Positions 48,612-62,072 of a DNA stretch of 64,000 bases are shown here, one piece after another. The position numbers and the translations under genes were made by a program. The notes under the pieces are model-generated. The model ran no database searches. It saw only the letters and a program-made list of their open reading frames with translations, and was not told the DNA's origin. How positions within the stretch are numbered: position 1 is the first letter of the stretch; each line of letters starts with the position of its first letter. The stretch covers positions 1-64,000 of the forward strand of contig JBNGIO010005980.1 in assembly GCA_049999805.1 (NCBI GenBank). The letters are read 5' to 3'. The stretch is from Folioceros fuciformis. Lineage: Eukaryota.

Positions 48612-51600
48612 CTAGCTCCAAAGGAGGTTCATCTCCCCCCCTCCTCCATGCCAGGAAGAACGCAGTTCCTACCGGATACGTTACACACGTGGAATGCTGG
48701 TTAGCCCTGGGTGGAAACAGATGGGAAACACACCTCGGTTAAAGTGAGGAGGAAGGCGTTGCGTTTACTAACGAGTGTGCAAAGTACGATGTACAGAAGG
48801 GTCGGTTGACCCTTGCCGTCCATGAGGTTAGGTGCCACGTAAGTCAGGAAGAGGCCTGCAAGAGGATCGGTACTCATTAGCCCCGGGTAACACCTGAACG
48901 GGATTTCGGTGGTGTAGAGACTTTACCGAAACCGTAGCCCATGATTGCCCATAAGAAGTATCCTTTCGTGAGGCTTTTTTTCTCTGCCCAGTCATACCTG
49001 CGAAATAGCAACAGCGACATTTCAAGGGTTGTGATCCGGCGTGTTCTGCGATTACTGGCAACAACATAATAGCCGGTGACTTACCTGAGGCAGAAGGAGA
49101 CAAGGAGACCTGGCAGAAGAATGTCTCCAAAACCTACAATGCTGTAACCACCCCATGGGTTATACAGTCTGGGAACCTTCAGAAGCATCGGAATACCATC
49201 TCCTCCGCTTTTGTCACCTCGGGCAACCTGGGATGGTCACCGCATGAGCATCCTTAGATAGGACTAGCATGCAGGAGACGCTGTAAGAAAAGGGCAAAGA
49301 CATCTGCCATGTACTTACCACAATCATCACACTTTCGTGGCAGAAATAAGGTGATATGAACACCCAGAAAATGTCGTAGAAGAACGCACAACTCAATAGC
49401 ACCGTGGAAAACTGTGTCCAATAGCCCAGGTTACAAAAGCAGTTCAGACAACACGGACTGCTGGCTATTCTACACGCCTCCGTGTCGAAGGAGGTGAGTA
49501 ATTGCACCAGCACACCTTAATGTTGGGAAGTTGCACAATTTGGAGCACTGTAAGAATCAATGAAATGCCCTGGAGAGCAAACGCCGTGCAACGACATTTG
49601 TCAGTTATGACAACAGGGAGGCATTGGTGAGCCAGAGGATGTCGTAATGAGAACTTACAAGAATATCCTGAGCAATCCAGGCAAAGGAGAGATGCCGAAA
49701 TACTGCCCACAACACTCCGAATGTGATGCAGAAGGGAGCGACAAGTGAGAGCACCGATATGTCCCCGATTAAGGGTACCTTTACATAGAGGGAAGCTAAA
49801 CTGGGCGCAAACCTGCAGGGTTCCGAGGGCAAGCAGGAAACCAGGGAAGTGTGTAAACCTCCTGTATAGCTCAAAGCACAAAGGCACCTCTGTCTTGCAA
49901 CGAATAAAGCGTAACCCACAACACATAAGTGACCAACATCACGGAAGCATTTACCTAGAGAGAAGTGACACCACACAGGTTTGCAAGCCCTGCATTGCGT
50001 TCACAGCATGCTAAACGCATCAGGTGTCAAGCCAGATGACAGCGCACTAGAAACTCCTTGCGCGAGAACCAAATTCTATGGTCGATATATGCTATGTGTA
50101 GCTTTTCAGAGAATGAGGGTGGAAATTACCTCAACTCCACCAATACAAAACACAACCACCAGAATCATAAGGAACCACTTCGACATGAGAAAGTAGAGCA
50201 ACACCAAGAACGCGGATGCCAGAACGAGAAATAGCACTGCTGAAAAGACATTGATGTCAACCACGTTCTTCTCCTCACTACTTTCATCCACATAGAGGTC
50301 GACAACATCCTGATCACCAGACAAGAAAAATAAGGATAGCGAAGTTCAGACAAAGGCAGCCTTGATCATTGGTTGTCATGTAAAGCATAACTGGACGACA
50401 GTTAGATCAAACAGGATTGTCTCTCTGACATCGGATCACACTCCACATGCCGATCAACACACCTTCACTCTTCGGTAGTGTTGGATTGATGCCTCTTTCG
50501 CAGTCCATGCAGACCAGTAAGAAGCCCCCAGGATAGTGCCAACTGCCATCAGCCACAAAAAAACTTCCGCAACATCCACAAGCGGCCGTGTTGGAGAGAA
50601 GAGGAGCACTCTCACTAGAAACACAGGGGCAAACAGTAGTGATAAGCGTCTGCTCCCGCAAATAAGACAAACAAGCTTCGGCGTGCTGTGCTACAGACAC
50701 AGACGCAACACAGGACATACCCCTCTTCCCTGCCACAACATTAGCTTCCAGACTGCTTCCGGCATCTTTGGGCAACATCACCACAGGGATCGTGATATCG
50801 ACGAACGTATCATTCTCCTCGCACACCATCTTATAGAGCCTGTGACCATCCCACCACACGACCAGCACATACAAGTTCTCAGTGATAAGGAAGACTGCCT
50901 ATTCCACAAATAACCAGCACACCAACGAGGATCTCTACCTTCTTGGTCATGAACCACTAACAAGGGAATAGCTCCAGCCTGCTGTGCAATTTGAGCCTTC
51001 TTCGTAAAAGGTCCAATTCCCCTGTCAGCAATAGCAAAGGAAGGGATTTCCTGAAGACAAAATCACCGGTCAATTCTCACGCCCAAGGCAAGCACTACGC
51101 CAGGGGGAACAATTTCAGCGCGTCCTTGCCTTGGTCGTGATGTTTGTGCAGCGGTCCCTAGGATCTGCAATGAAGAGAGTGCACTGTGAGCATCTTCTTC
51201 TCTGCTCTGTATCTCGCCACCGAAGTGTGCACTGACTCCCACATACTCGTTCTCCTCGCCGTTAACCCAGTTTCGCACTTTCACCTACCATCCCACACCA
51301 TGTTTCCACTTAGCCACCTGCAAGAACGAGCACCCTTGCACTCCGAATTGGAGTGACCATGCACGCTGTGATCTAACCAAGAACTACCAAACACACTGAG
51401 TGCGTCTGCTGCACAGCCACCGGGTGACGCATCCCAGAACCTGCAGTAGGCATGCACCTACCAGCAAAAAAGCATTGTCGCAGCCAGCAACCCAGGGCGA
51501 ATCGTCATCGTCCGATGTGTCCCGAGCAACGACTTGCAGCAGCATGAGAGAGGCACTCAGCAAGATGATCAGCCAGACGAGCCCCAGTGCAGGGCCGCCA

Positions 51601-51632
51601 TGAGGCTGCCGGCCAGAAGAGCAGATCCCCAT
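48612..51632 (-). pseudogene. SPPL: Signal peptide peptidase-like (PA domain + peptidase A22B) gene, 14 exons, frameshifted as assembled
   Basis: Exons 51632-51462, 51284-51130, 51050-50939, 50839-50721, 50614-50463, 50309-50130, 49989-49955, 49812-49659, 49569-49516, 49411-49319, 49227-49085, 48997-48927, 48855-~48772, 48668-48612. Motifs: [21 protein letters not shown], catalytic FFYDIFWVF and GFGDILLPG, and QPTLLYIV (canonical QPALL). Three 1-bp losses break the frame. Confidence 0.9.
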
Positions 51633-53446
51633 GGTCGGCTTCGCAAATGTCAGAGGTAATTCGCAGTCCTGATGGATGCCCAGCTCCGTTTCACGGCAAG
51701 CTCCAGCGCAGCAATGAGACTGCTAGGCTTGCGCAGTTCCAGAGTGCGGGGAGAATGCCACGCGAAGGGGAACGCGATGGAATTTACGTTCACGCGTCAC
51801 TTGGGACCTTGGGCCCTTTGTGATTTGCAAGCTTCTCTCCCTGATGTCGAGCCTGCCTTCCCTTTGTCACTTCAAATCCGGCTCGTCCTCTCCTCAAGTA
51901 CAGCTTGGTACAAAGTTCCCACGACGGAAATTCAACGCAGCCTTTGGATTTTATTCAATTTCATCGCCTCTTTTCGTTTCCTCATGTCCGGCACAACGGC
52001 CTCTCGTCAAGGAAACCGACGACTCGACCCTCATGCGAAGGTCCACGAACTTTGATCATCCTTTCGCCTCACTACAAACTATATTTGTAAGGCTCCCTTC
52101 AAAATTGAATTATTAATGAACATCGACTTGGATGGCATTCTTGAACAAATGAAAATTCATCAGCATAGATTTACCGCAAGTTTGAAGGAAGTGTAGAACA
52201 CGCTCCGCGTAGATTCACAGCAAGTCTGAAGCAAAAGCAATTGTAGAACACGATCGGCATATATTTCCTCATGTTCGACATCTTGTCAACCTAGTTTCCG
52301 GAACTTCATTCCTTGAACCTAGGTTCACATGATGGGCAACAAGTATGAAGCAATTGTAGAACACGTGTAGGACATGATCTCCTCGTTTTTGGCATCTCGC
52401 CAAACTAATTTCCATTACATTCTGCATTCACACTATAATAATTTTTTTTATTTCAGTATTTATTAATTATAATTATTTAACACCAAATCACTCCTCGAGG
52501 TACGGTATTAATCAAGATCCACTTTGATGGTATTCTTGAACAAATGAAAATTTGACGCAATCCATTGGTGGTAGGCGATCTAACTCCCTCTATCTTCGTC
52601 TCGGTCTCGGGACACTTGCAGGCGAGAATCGGGTTTTGTCAACTAAGTGGGTAGTACAATATGACTAGCTTGAGGAGCTAGCATGCTGGGGTGACGTACA
52701 AACCACCAATTATCCACCCACCTCCTTCTAACTAAACCCTAGAAGGGAGCTAAACTACTTGAATGCTCTTATCGAAAGCTTCCCAAAGTTGGTACAAAGA
52801 GGTTTGTGCGGCAGCAGACGAAACCTAAACCCTATAATACACCATCTTCTAACAGGGCATAGTGGGACCTCATCTTGACACCTATCACCCTTACAACCCA
52901 AAAGCACTCAACCCTATCGCACTTTCCTTCTCAAAGATCTCAACATACTAGTAGATAGTAGTGATAGCAAGCAAGATTCCCGTTCCAGACCCAAAGGCAC
53001 CAATCAAGTAAGCCAAAAACACTTAGAGCACTGATACACATTTCACCTAAGGAAGCCACTGTTGGGTTGTAGCAATTCAACTCCTTTTCAAGGTTGCATT
53101 CCCAATTATCAGGAATCACCAATTGTTCGTCCTAATCAAACCAAACAGGGGAAAAAAAATCAGTATCCTAAAATTTCAGCTCACAAGCTGTAACCATTTG
53201 TAGTCACAAAGGCTAGATTGCACACTGCAAAAGTTTACCTTCAATTGCCTCGCCATGTCACGAGTTGATGTACCAGACACTCTAATCCATATCCCTGAGA
53301 ATAAGGAGCATGCTTGTTAGCATGCTCCTCGTTCTCAGACTACAATATTGAGTAAGGTCAATTAACACACTTAGGGGCCCATGACACGACTCAAGCTTTC
53401 ACAAGCAAAACTTTTAGCTTGGAGAGGCACTCGCACAAGCTTCTAC

Positions 53447-56400
53447 CTAGCTGAAGGTGTGCTGTAATACACAAGTCCCCCAACAAGAATCACTTGACCA
53501 ACGAATGAGTGCTCATCCGCCTTCCACTTCCCAAGTAGTTGGACAAGAAAGTTGCCTCCAAATTTGTTATGTAACAACTATAAGACACAAGTAGGAGACC
53601 AATGTTATTGAATGCACACACCATTAGCGTTCTACATCAAACAGCAGTAGTTTCCAATCCATACAAAGAGTAAGGATGAGCAAGTACTTGGGACACGAAG
53701 TACAGATTGGAGACTAGGGCACCTTGCAGCATGATAGGCATACTGCATATGTAGGAAAGATTAATAGCATACTTGCTCTATTGTCCACGAGCCCTTTTAT
53801 TTCTTACTGGAAGTAAAACCCAAAAACCTTGAAGATAGACAACAAGGAGAAACACTACAGTTGCTGCCAACATATTAGTGGCACTTCCAAGTTCCTGCCT
53901 AAAGAAGGGCTGTTTCAATGCCTGTATCGATCCATCCTTGGAGAAGGCCGCATGAAGAAGGGCAACAGCTACATCTTTGAACTCAGGGCCATGATCAGTG
54001 GATGGAAGAGGCGGCTGAGCCAAGTTGAGAGGGGCAGTGCTGCACAGCTATGCATCAGTATTGGGGCCAGGCGGTGTAGGGGTTGGCAAGGCATGATCCG
54101 GTGAGGTTGAATCATCAGACTTGTTGGAGGAGGAGTCGTTTATACAGATAGCATTGCCGTCATCTGGAGGGAACTTGGACGGTGGATCGATGGCGATGGT
54201 AGAGGGTACCCCGAGGTTGGGAGCGAGGTCGCGTGAGTTTGATGGTGGGGGCGATGCAACTAACTCCAAGAAGGTAACACTCCTAGCAAGTGTGATGGAG
54301 CCTGTTCGGGGATTAAAAATCTGGTAGGGCCTCACCTACTCGCTGTACCCTATGAAGGTCAGCTTCTCAACTCTATTTTCGAGCTTGCGCCGCTTCTTGG
54401 ATGGGATGTAGGCAAAGGGAGGAGAGCCGAAAACTCTGAGGTAAAGGATGTTGGGCTTTTTGCCCCAAAAGACCTCGTAGGGTATCTTGCCAGGAACCGA
54501 GCTGGTGAGGACTCGGTTTAAGATATAAGTGGCGGAGACAACTGCCTCTGCCCAATAGCTGGAGGGAAGGTTAGACCGGCGGAGCATACTTCAGGTCATG
54601 CTGAGAAGGGTTTGATTCTTTTTCTCTGCCACCCTATTATGTTGTTGTGTGTAAGGCACGATTAGTTGGCGTTCAATTCCTTTGCTCTATAGGTAAGTGT
54701 TGAAGGTGTCATTGACAAACTATGCGCCATTATTTGTCCGCAGAAATTTAAGGGTGTGGCCTGATTGCCTCTCGGCGGTGATTAGCTAGTTAGCAAAAAT
54801 ATGGAAGGTGTCGCTCTTGAGGCGCATGAGGAACGTCCAGGTATACCTACTAAAGTCATTGGTGAGGGACAAGTAATATTGGGTGCCCCCCAAGGGCTGT
54901 TCATGGATTTTCCTAGAAATATCTGCATGCACTAACGCTAGGGTAACATATGCCCTATGGGCATGAGTAGGGGAGGAGAGCTCCCGTTGTTTAGCTAGCA
55001 CACAGGATTCAAAGGTAGGGAGGCTTCGAAAACACCTTGGGAGGGGTTCTCAGTAGCAGTACTGGGCTAACATAGCTATCAACTTGTTTTTGTTAACATG
55101 ACCTAGCTGTGCGTGCCACAGGGAGGCCAAAGGCTGGGATTGGGCGTGGATACTGCTGGCCAGGAAAACAGGAGGGTCATATCACTTGTCGAAAGCCAAC
55201 CTATACAAGTCGTCCTGTGGAATCCCTTTGAAGACACATAACTAAGGGTTGGACGGTATGAAGAAGAAGCACTCGTCAGTCGAGGCTCTCATCTCGAAGG
55301 AACCTTGCTTCATGAGCTTGCTCAAAGATAGCACGTTTTTCCCCATATTAGGTACATACAGCACGTGGTCTAATGACAGCATGGTGCCATCTTGCAAAAC
55401 AAACTACGAGACCCCCTGGCCTTGAATGGTAAGGTTGGTATGATTCTGCTTGTCACCAAGCAAGACTCGCTCCTTGAGCGGTCATGCGTCTAGATGGGAG
55501 AACTGGGAGCTGTCATTGCAAATGTGGGCAATGGCCCCATTGTTCAAATACCAGCCCTTGTCCTTGGAGGTTTGGCTGGTGAGACATACGGTAAGGATTT
55601 TGATGGTCTTGGTGCTTTCAAACTGACTCTTCCCAGTTGTGGAAGCTACCGCAGCTTGTCGAAGGCCTGCCTTTTGAGGCTCTTCTGCCTTCTTCTTGCA
55701 GCACTCGTGGGACCAGTGGCCGGGGATGCCATACTAGATACAGTTTCCTGGATGTTGGGGTGGAGCAGAAGAAGCTTCGCATTTAGGGGCAGAAGATGAG
55801 CGATTGGGCCTAAGTTTGGTTGCTAAGGCCCTGTCGATTCTTTTCTTAGATCTTCCTACTGAGTTTTGGTGGCTTTGCTCTTGCTGGTAGATTGTCCCTA
55901 TGATCTCCTCCACTAAGCGTGAGGAGCCGAGCTGGCTCTAACATTGCCTACTCGAGACTAGCATAAGACTAGTCACAAAGTTATTGTAGGAGGAGGGGAG
56001 GCTCATGAGAAGCTGGGCTGCTGCGTCATCCTCGGACATAACAGATCCAAGCGAGGCGAGTAAGCCACGGAGGTGGCGGAACCTCGAGGTATGAGCGGCT
56101 ATAGTATCTCCCTTCTTCATCTTGAGTGCATTGAATTCCTACCAGGCATAGTATAGAATGAGGACGTTGTTCACGTTGTAGGTGTTAGAGAGCTGCTCCC
56201 AAATGGCTTGGGCATCGGTGAGGAACTCCACGCTTGGAAACTAGACTAGAGTCCAAGCCGCTAATCAACAGCGCAATGGCAATGCCATTCAAGTAGTCCC
56301 ATTTCTCGATAGCAGCAGCAGATGGAGTAGGTGAGGCATGAGGGTCGGGCTTCGGAAATGTTTCGTCTACGATCCTTCAGAGGCCTCTTCCAATGAGGAT

Positions 56401-57932
56401 GGTCTTCATGCGAACTCGCCACACTGGGTAGTGAGTTCCGTTGAACCTATCTTTTTCTTTCATGTGATCTGTGAACACTGGCTTGAAACGCCCAGTGCAG
56501 GTGAGGAGGGTGAGGTGCTCCTGGCTATGGCTAACACACTATTAAGGGACAAGGATCCGAATTGATTTATCAGCTAGTAAAGTGGTAAGTTAGACATGCG
56601 GCTTCATTCTTCCTTGATTGTAGTCTCGTGTGAGTAGCAAGAAGATAGGATGGTACTCCTCCCACTCGTGACAGCCAAGGTAGTGGCACGCTGATCCCAT
56701 GGGCTTGCACGTGCAGGTTGGAAGTCATGTGGATTTGCTTGCAAGTGTTGTGTGGGTGCCACTAGAAGGCCAACAGTTGCGTGCTTAGCGCGATGGAGGT
56801 TGGTTAGGGTTGGTGGAGGTTGCCCTTGCGTCGCTTCGAGTCTAGCCTGTTTCGTGGTGTCTAGGGGCAATGGAAGAAAGAAGAACGGCGAGGCAATCTC
56901 AGCATTGATGAAGAGGGAGTCCAGGCGCGTTGGGTCGCGGTGCTCTGGTGTAGGGACACGACGCCTTAGGGCCACCTTTTATAGACTAGAGCTCAATCCA
57001 GCTACAACCATCCCACCGCTGTCATGTCGTTTGAGGATTGAAGGTGCCCACTCATATCGCTTTGGTGCTAATGAGCCATAGTGCCAAGCTTCTTGAGCTT
57101 CCGCAACGCGAGGCGGCCAGTGTTGAATCTTTGGTGCTATGCTAGGGTGACAAGAACCGGTCAGGCTTGGGGCGAAGGGCACCTTGAGGCGGGTTGCAAC
57201 GGAAGCAACAACAAATGGATTTGGTGAGCCATGAGGTTTTGTTGTGGGCCTTGGCTCCGTCATTCAAAGTAGCTCCTATTCACCTTTTCTCACAAGTTGC
57301 AGGCGAGTTGGAGGTGTGTCGAGGGGCAACCAGCCCAAGTTGAGGCCGCGAAGGAGTACTTGGTTCGCTTCTAAGATCTAGAGGAAAAGTTGTTGTAGGA
57401 TTTCCATGTGTTTTGTTTTATTAATCTGGTTTTTTCCAATCTAAAGTTGAGGGTGCAGGCAAAGAGGCCTTCATGGGCACAGGGTTCGGGCGCCATCCAA
57501 AGTCGATGGCTATTGAGCATTGTGCCCAATTGAAGGTTTTGTCGTCAACGACTACATTTTAGATGCTTGTGTGGCTAAGAGTGTTTCTGCAGGTGGCGAA
57601 ATGGAGATTTCAGCATGGCTGAGAATGCAATGGGTGCTGCATGCTAAGACGTGCTAATGATAAGGACCACAAAAATAGCTCATGGTACAGAAGTGCAGCA
57701 ATCAACATCATCAGGTGAAAGATGGTCAGAAGGCAATGAGTAAGCTATATAACATTTGGCAGGCAACAACAAAATTTGTGCTAAGTGTTTGTGGCATTGA
57801 ATAGGGAGATTCTAGACCCAAAACCATATCTCTTTTGAAGAAGCTCGTCCAAACAAACCATGATGATGCCAACGGTAGTGAGCTGCATGACAACAAGAAT
57901 GGCATTACCAAGTCCAAGATCTCCATACACCC
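53447..57932 (-). pseudogene. SEC61A: Sec61 alpha (SecY family) pseudogene fragment, interrupted by a Copia element; pieces at 57932-~57785, ~54015-53688 and 53577-53447
   Basis: [165 protein letters not shown]. These are collinear with plant Sec61-alpha, with an in-frame stop at 53778. Confidence 0.88.
54048..56530 (-). mobile_element. Truncated, decayed Ty1/copia element (gag, knuckle, protease, GAG-pre-integrase, integrase; no RT or RNase H)
   Basis: MKKGDTIAAH..LLMSLPSSY (gag); WYLNNGAIAH (mutated protease); LVHADI..YYLSLTNDFSRYTW, PYTQQHNRVAEKKN, WAEAVVSATYILNR and LRVFGS..FIGY..YQIFNP..RSVTFLE (integrase). There are many stops and frameshifts. Confidence 0.9.
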
Positions 57933-58139
57933 CTGTTAGGACGTATAGTTAAAAAGGTATATTTAAGAAGGTTTCTTGATTGAACATGAAGTTTTCAAGT
58001 GCAATTGCGTCGGTAGACCAGCGCACTCCTACAGTTAAGTGAGTATTTTTAAGAAAGTTTTTTGATTGGAAATGAAGTTTTCAAGTGCAGGTGCTTTGGT
58101 CTACCGGCGTAATCCATTTACTCTATGCCACAGACATGA

Positions 58140-58570
58140 TTACTTTTGGACTGCTCCAACATCTTAGGGCAACACAACCACAACGATGGTGATATTAACA
58201 CCAATATTGTTGTCCTCATGGATCATTTGTTCAACCCTTACCGAAAATGCCACATAAGGCAGCACTATAAATGGAAAGTAGGAATATGCATTCATGCTAG
58301 TAACCAACAAAGCAATGAAAATCACCACCTTATTGGTTATTGCTAACTACCCAAGGCCTTGCTAGGGCTGGATGTGTAATCTAAAGACCAAAAGGTCCAA
58401 TTATCCCTCTTAACTACATGGTATTTTCTAGAATCTAGAAATAAAATTTCAGATACACTTGCTTACCAAGCCTCATTACCTTTGGTGTAATATTTGTGCA
58501 CTATTTCACATGATATGCAACGAAGAGATGTGTACTATGCTACAATTATTTCCTCCTTCCCATTCAGACA
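58140..58570 (-). pseudogene. SPPL: Second, more decayed SPPL remnant (equivalent to exons 2-4)
   Basis: QMIHEDNNIGVNITIVVVVLP*DVGAV parallels [27 protein letters not shown] of the first copy. It shares AAAAGGTCCAATT (exon 3) and the exon-2 end (TTTGTGCA..ATxTGCAAxGAAGAGA). Confidence 0.7.
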
Positions 58571-60438
58571 TGAGGGCCTTATTGGGTATGGATAAGTCCA
58601 GCAGGATGAGCTAATTTTGGATTACCATGTTACTTTAGCTTGCCTATAAAACCTCTGCAAGCACAGGTGCATTACTATGAAACATTAAATTTTGGGGCAC
58701 TGGTTTAGTTTGGTATTTTGGGGCNNNNNNNNNNTTTTTTCTTTTATTTTTAATTTTATTTCCTTTTGATTTTTCCCATTCCTATTATCAGTTAGGTGAA
58801 GGATGGTGTTGTCACCATGATGGGAACAGATGTGGTACCAAGCCTAAGGAAACTTGGCTTTGGTACCGGACCAAAGGTTTGGCTTAATATTAAGTTCGGA
58901 TATAGGTTCAGTTTTTGGCTCAGTAGTATTGTTTTTAAATAAAAAGCTTAGATAATATTCAATATTAATTTCAAAAGTTTATTAATCGGCTACCACAGTA
59001 GGGGATCAACCGGCTGTCTGGCGGCACTAACGTTTATGTCATGTATTGGAGATTCATCTCATGCAACATGTCCGATATCTTATGCAGCGTGTCCGCTAGG
59101 GAACATGAGGAAGCTGGGAGCCGTCAGTCTGGCCAACCCCGGCGAAGGCCTACCTATGGGGAGAATCGGAGACGAGTGCCCATAAGCGACCAGGTGGGAT
59201 TAGCGCTATGCTCCAGGAATTGAGCGCCCCAGGGAATTGGGCGCTGCAGATCGATGAGTGCCAATGGAACTAAGCCTGAGCCCCGCATCTGCCTGTCCTG
59301 ATGCCTCGATCCGCCCACAAGGCTCCCCGATGTGCTCCTCAGGCCAGCGTTCGTCCTCGGCTCCTGATCCCGCTGGCGCACCCACCAGCACCTGCCAGCC
59401 TGCCATCTCGCTCTGCCCCGGCGCACCAGGCAGGTCTCCACCCAGCCATTCCCATCCAACACGTCCAGATCCAAGCGCCACTGCAGGGAGCCGCCAAGCA
59501 GAGAAGGCGACCACCATGCTGCTCAGCCTGCGTTGATGGAGCTAGGGCGCTGTGACTGGATTGGAATCAGCAGGGGGTCGTGCGCTAGGAGCGAGTCCGA
59601 ATTCCCCTCCCCGCCGAATTTCTCCTGCTCTTTCCCTTTTTCTGCCCCTCTCGCTTCCGAACCACAGCCCGGTGCCCATCATGACCCCGCGCGTCGAATT
59701 CCTGCAGGCCGCCAGCTGGTCCCGCATCGACGCGCTCGAATCCCGGCCCTCAGCCAGCTCCTTGCCCAGTTGCTGACTAGCCCTGTTCTTTGAGTCTAGA
59801 GCTCGCTGCAGACCAGCCCGGTGTGCCGCAAAACTCTGCCCCTTCTCGCCCCCTACCCCTGAGCTCTGAGTCTCGAGCTCGCTGCAGACCAGCCCGGGGC
59901 GCCGCAAAATCCTGCCCCTTCTCTCCCCCTACCCAGCGCGCCCGTCCCAATCTTGCTCTAGCCCCGCTCCAGCAATTCCCTCCCCCGCGCTTTGGGGTTT
60001 AGGGTTTAGGCGCAGGCGGAATAACAGTGACTGTCCAGAAGACGAGCCAGATTGACAGCGGGTCAGTGGAAGGAAAGGCCAAGGAAGCAACCTCTGAAGG
60101 CGGCGCCCACAAGATCTAGGAAGATCAATCAGAGAATACGGCGCCCACAAGATTCAATCAGTGAATACGGCGCCCACAAGATCTAGGAAGATCAATCAGT
60201 ATTCACTCCCTTACAGTAGTTTAATTGTTTAAGATCCTTGTAGTAAAAGGTCAACCATAATTATAGATTTATATTACTTTAATATGTATTTTATATATTA
60301 GATATTTAAAACACCTTTCCATGTAACTGAAACACATGTGACTAAAACAAAACTAAAAGTACTAAAAACAGGGCAGTCCGCTTTTGGAAGGAGGAAAGAT
60401 TCCCAATTAGTTTTGGCCCTCCCCAACCCTCCTTTCCA

Positions 60439-60780
60439 GTGCTTGTAACTCTCTGTGTACACCTTGTATTACAATGATTTTTGTACCACTGTGTAGATCT
60501 TGACAAGGGCTTTCTAACAAGTGTACATTCCTTGAGTTTTGTTGCATTTGAAGGGAGGTACGTAATTTTAAAGAGTTGCTATGACATGCATCATGCAAAG
60601 TGGTTCCTGCATTGTTCAGTGCTCGTAACTCTTTGTGTACACCTTGTATTACAATGATTTGTGTACCACCTTGTAGCTCTTGACAAGAGCGTTCTAAGTA
60701 TACATTTGTTGAGTTTCGTTGCATTTGTAGGGAGATACGAATTTATAAAGATTTGCCATTATATGAATCATGCAACATGG
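60439..60780. repeat. ~180-bp diverged tandem duplication
   Basis: GTGCTxGTAACTCTxTGTGTACACCTTGTATTACAATGATTT starts at both 60439 and 60619. Confidence 0.85.
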
Positions 60781-60862
60781 TCCTTTACTTTGTTTGATTC
60801 CATAACTTACTTCAACACGTCTTCAATTTTCATAACTCATTCTACAAACTACAATCAACATA

Positions 60863-61880
60863 TCACAGTTTATCACTAAGCTTGAGAAGGCCGTCTCCAA
60901 TTTTCCCTAGAGCTGCAACGAAACCAAGCCCTATTTCTTTATTAACTTCTACCATATTGTTCAGCATGTGAACCATGTCCTTGTTGCACTGCAACAACTC
61001 TTCATGCTTCCTTGTATCCAGTTGCATACTCTCAATATGATGTATACCTCTCTTTTCTTCAATAGCACGGAGAGCTTGGACAAATGATTCAGTCATTGTA
61101 GACAATCTGGTATCAACGGCCTTCTCCTTTAATTTTCTGCGCTTAATCCTCTCTATTGTCCATTGTTGGGGATCTATTGGAGCTTTTGATGCCTCCTCTA
61201 TGGGCTCACTTGAAACATCTGGTTGAGAACCGGAGCCTGACTCAGTAGGCATCATTGAGCAACTTGAAGTATCTGGAGTCTGCAAAAAATTGGAGTCCAC
61301 AGGCAATTTTTTTTCTTTCTTATCGAATGAAGGTATTTTCCAATAGTCTAAGTGACCACTTCGCATTTCATGCCAATTATAGTTAGAAATCTTCTTCCAT
61401 TGTTGCTGTAACTGTTTCCACTTGGATCTGCACATGTCAAGGGAAACATTGGTGCCATGCTTCACACAATAAGCGGCTACAGCATCCCACCTCACCATTG
61501 TGGACTTCATCTTCTCCTTTACACCACCAAATGCCCGTTTCTCTTCTTTAATTCTCACAGCTGCTTGAAGCATGAGGCAATCATTGTTTTTCCAAGACAT
61601 TCGTGTTGGTGGAGGTAGAGGCAATGGAGCAAAGGGAGGAGGAGGTCTATGTGGAACTACAGAAAGCAATGGAGACCCTCAACAAGATGCTGCTGAGAGG
61701 AAGGCAAAAAAAATTGCTGTGATTGAAGACGACGTTGCTAGGAATCAAGAACCAAGGGTTGATTAAATGCCATTGGAGACCTCTTAACGTGATGCTGCTG
61801 AGAGAGGAAGGCACAAAAAATTGTTGTGATTGAAGAGGAGGTTGCTGGGAATCAAGAACCAGGGGCTGATTGAATGCCAT
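60863..61880 (-). mobile_element. PIF/Harbinger accessory ORF (Myb/SANT-like, trihelix-type DNA-binding protein); 5' end disrupted by a ~110-bp duplication
   Basis: SWKNNDCLML..RWDAVAAYC..CRSKWKQLQQQWKKI..YW is a Myb_DNA-bind_4-like pattern with a coiled C-terminus. It lies next to a Harbinger transposase in the same orientation. Confidence 0.8.
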
Positions 61881-62072
61881 TGTTGATTCTGTACCTCGAC
61901 ACCGACACCGTGACAATCTTTGCAATGGAGAATAAACAATGTGCTAGGAACCACGTTGCATGATTCAAACATGAACCAACTTTATAAGAAAATATCAAAC
62001 TTTGGTTGAAACGAAACTACAGCCACATAGGCTTGTTTCAGAACCCTTTTATGGAGCTACGATATAGAACTA

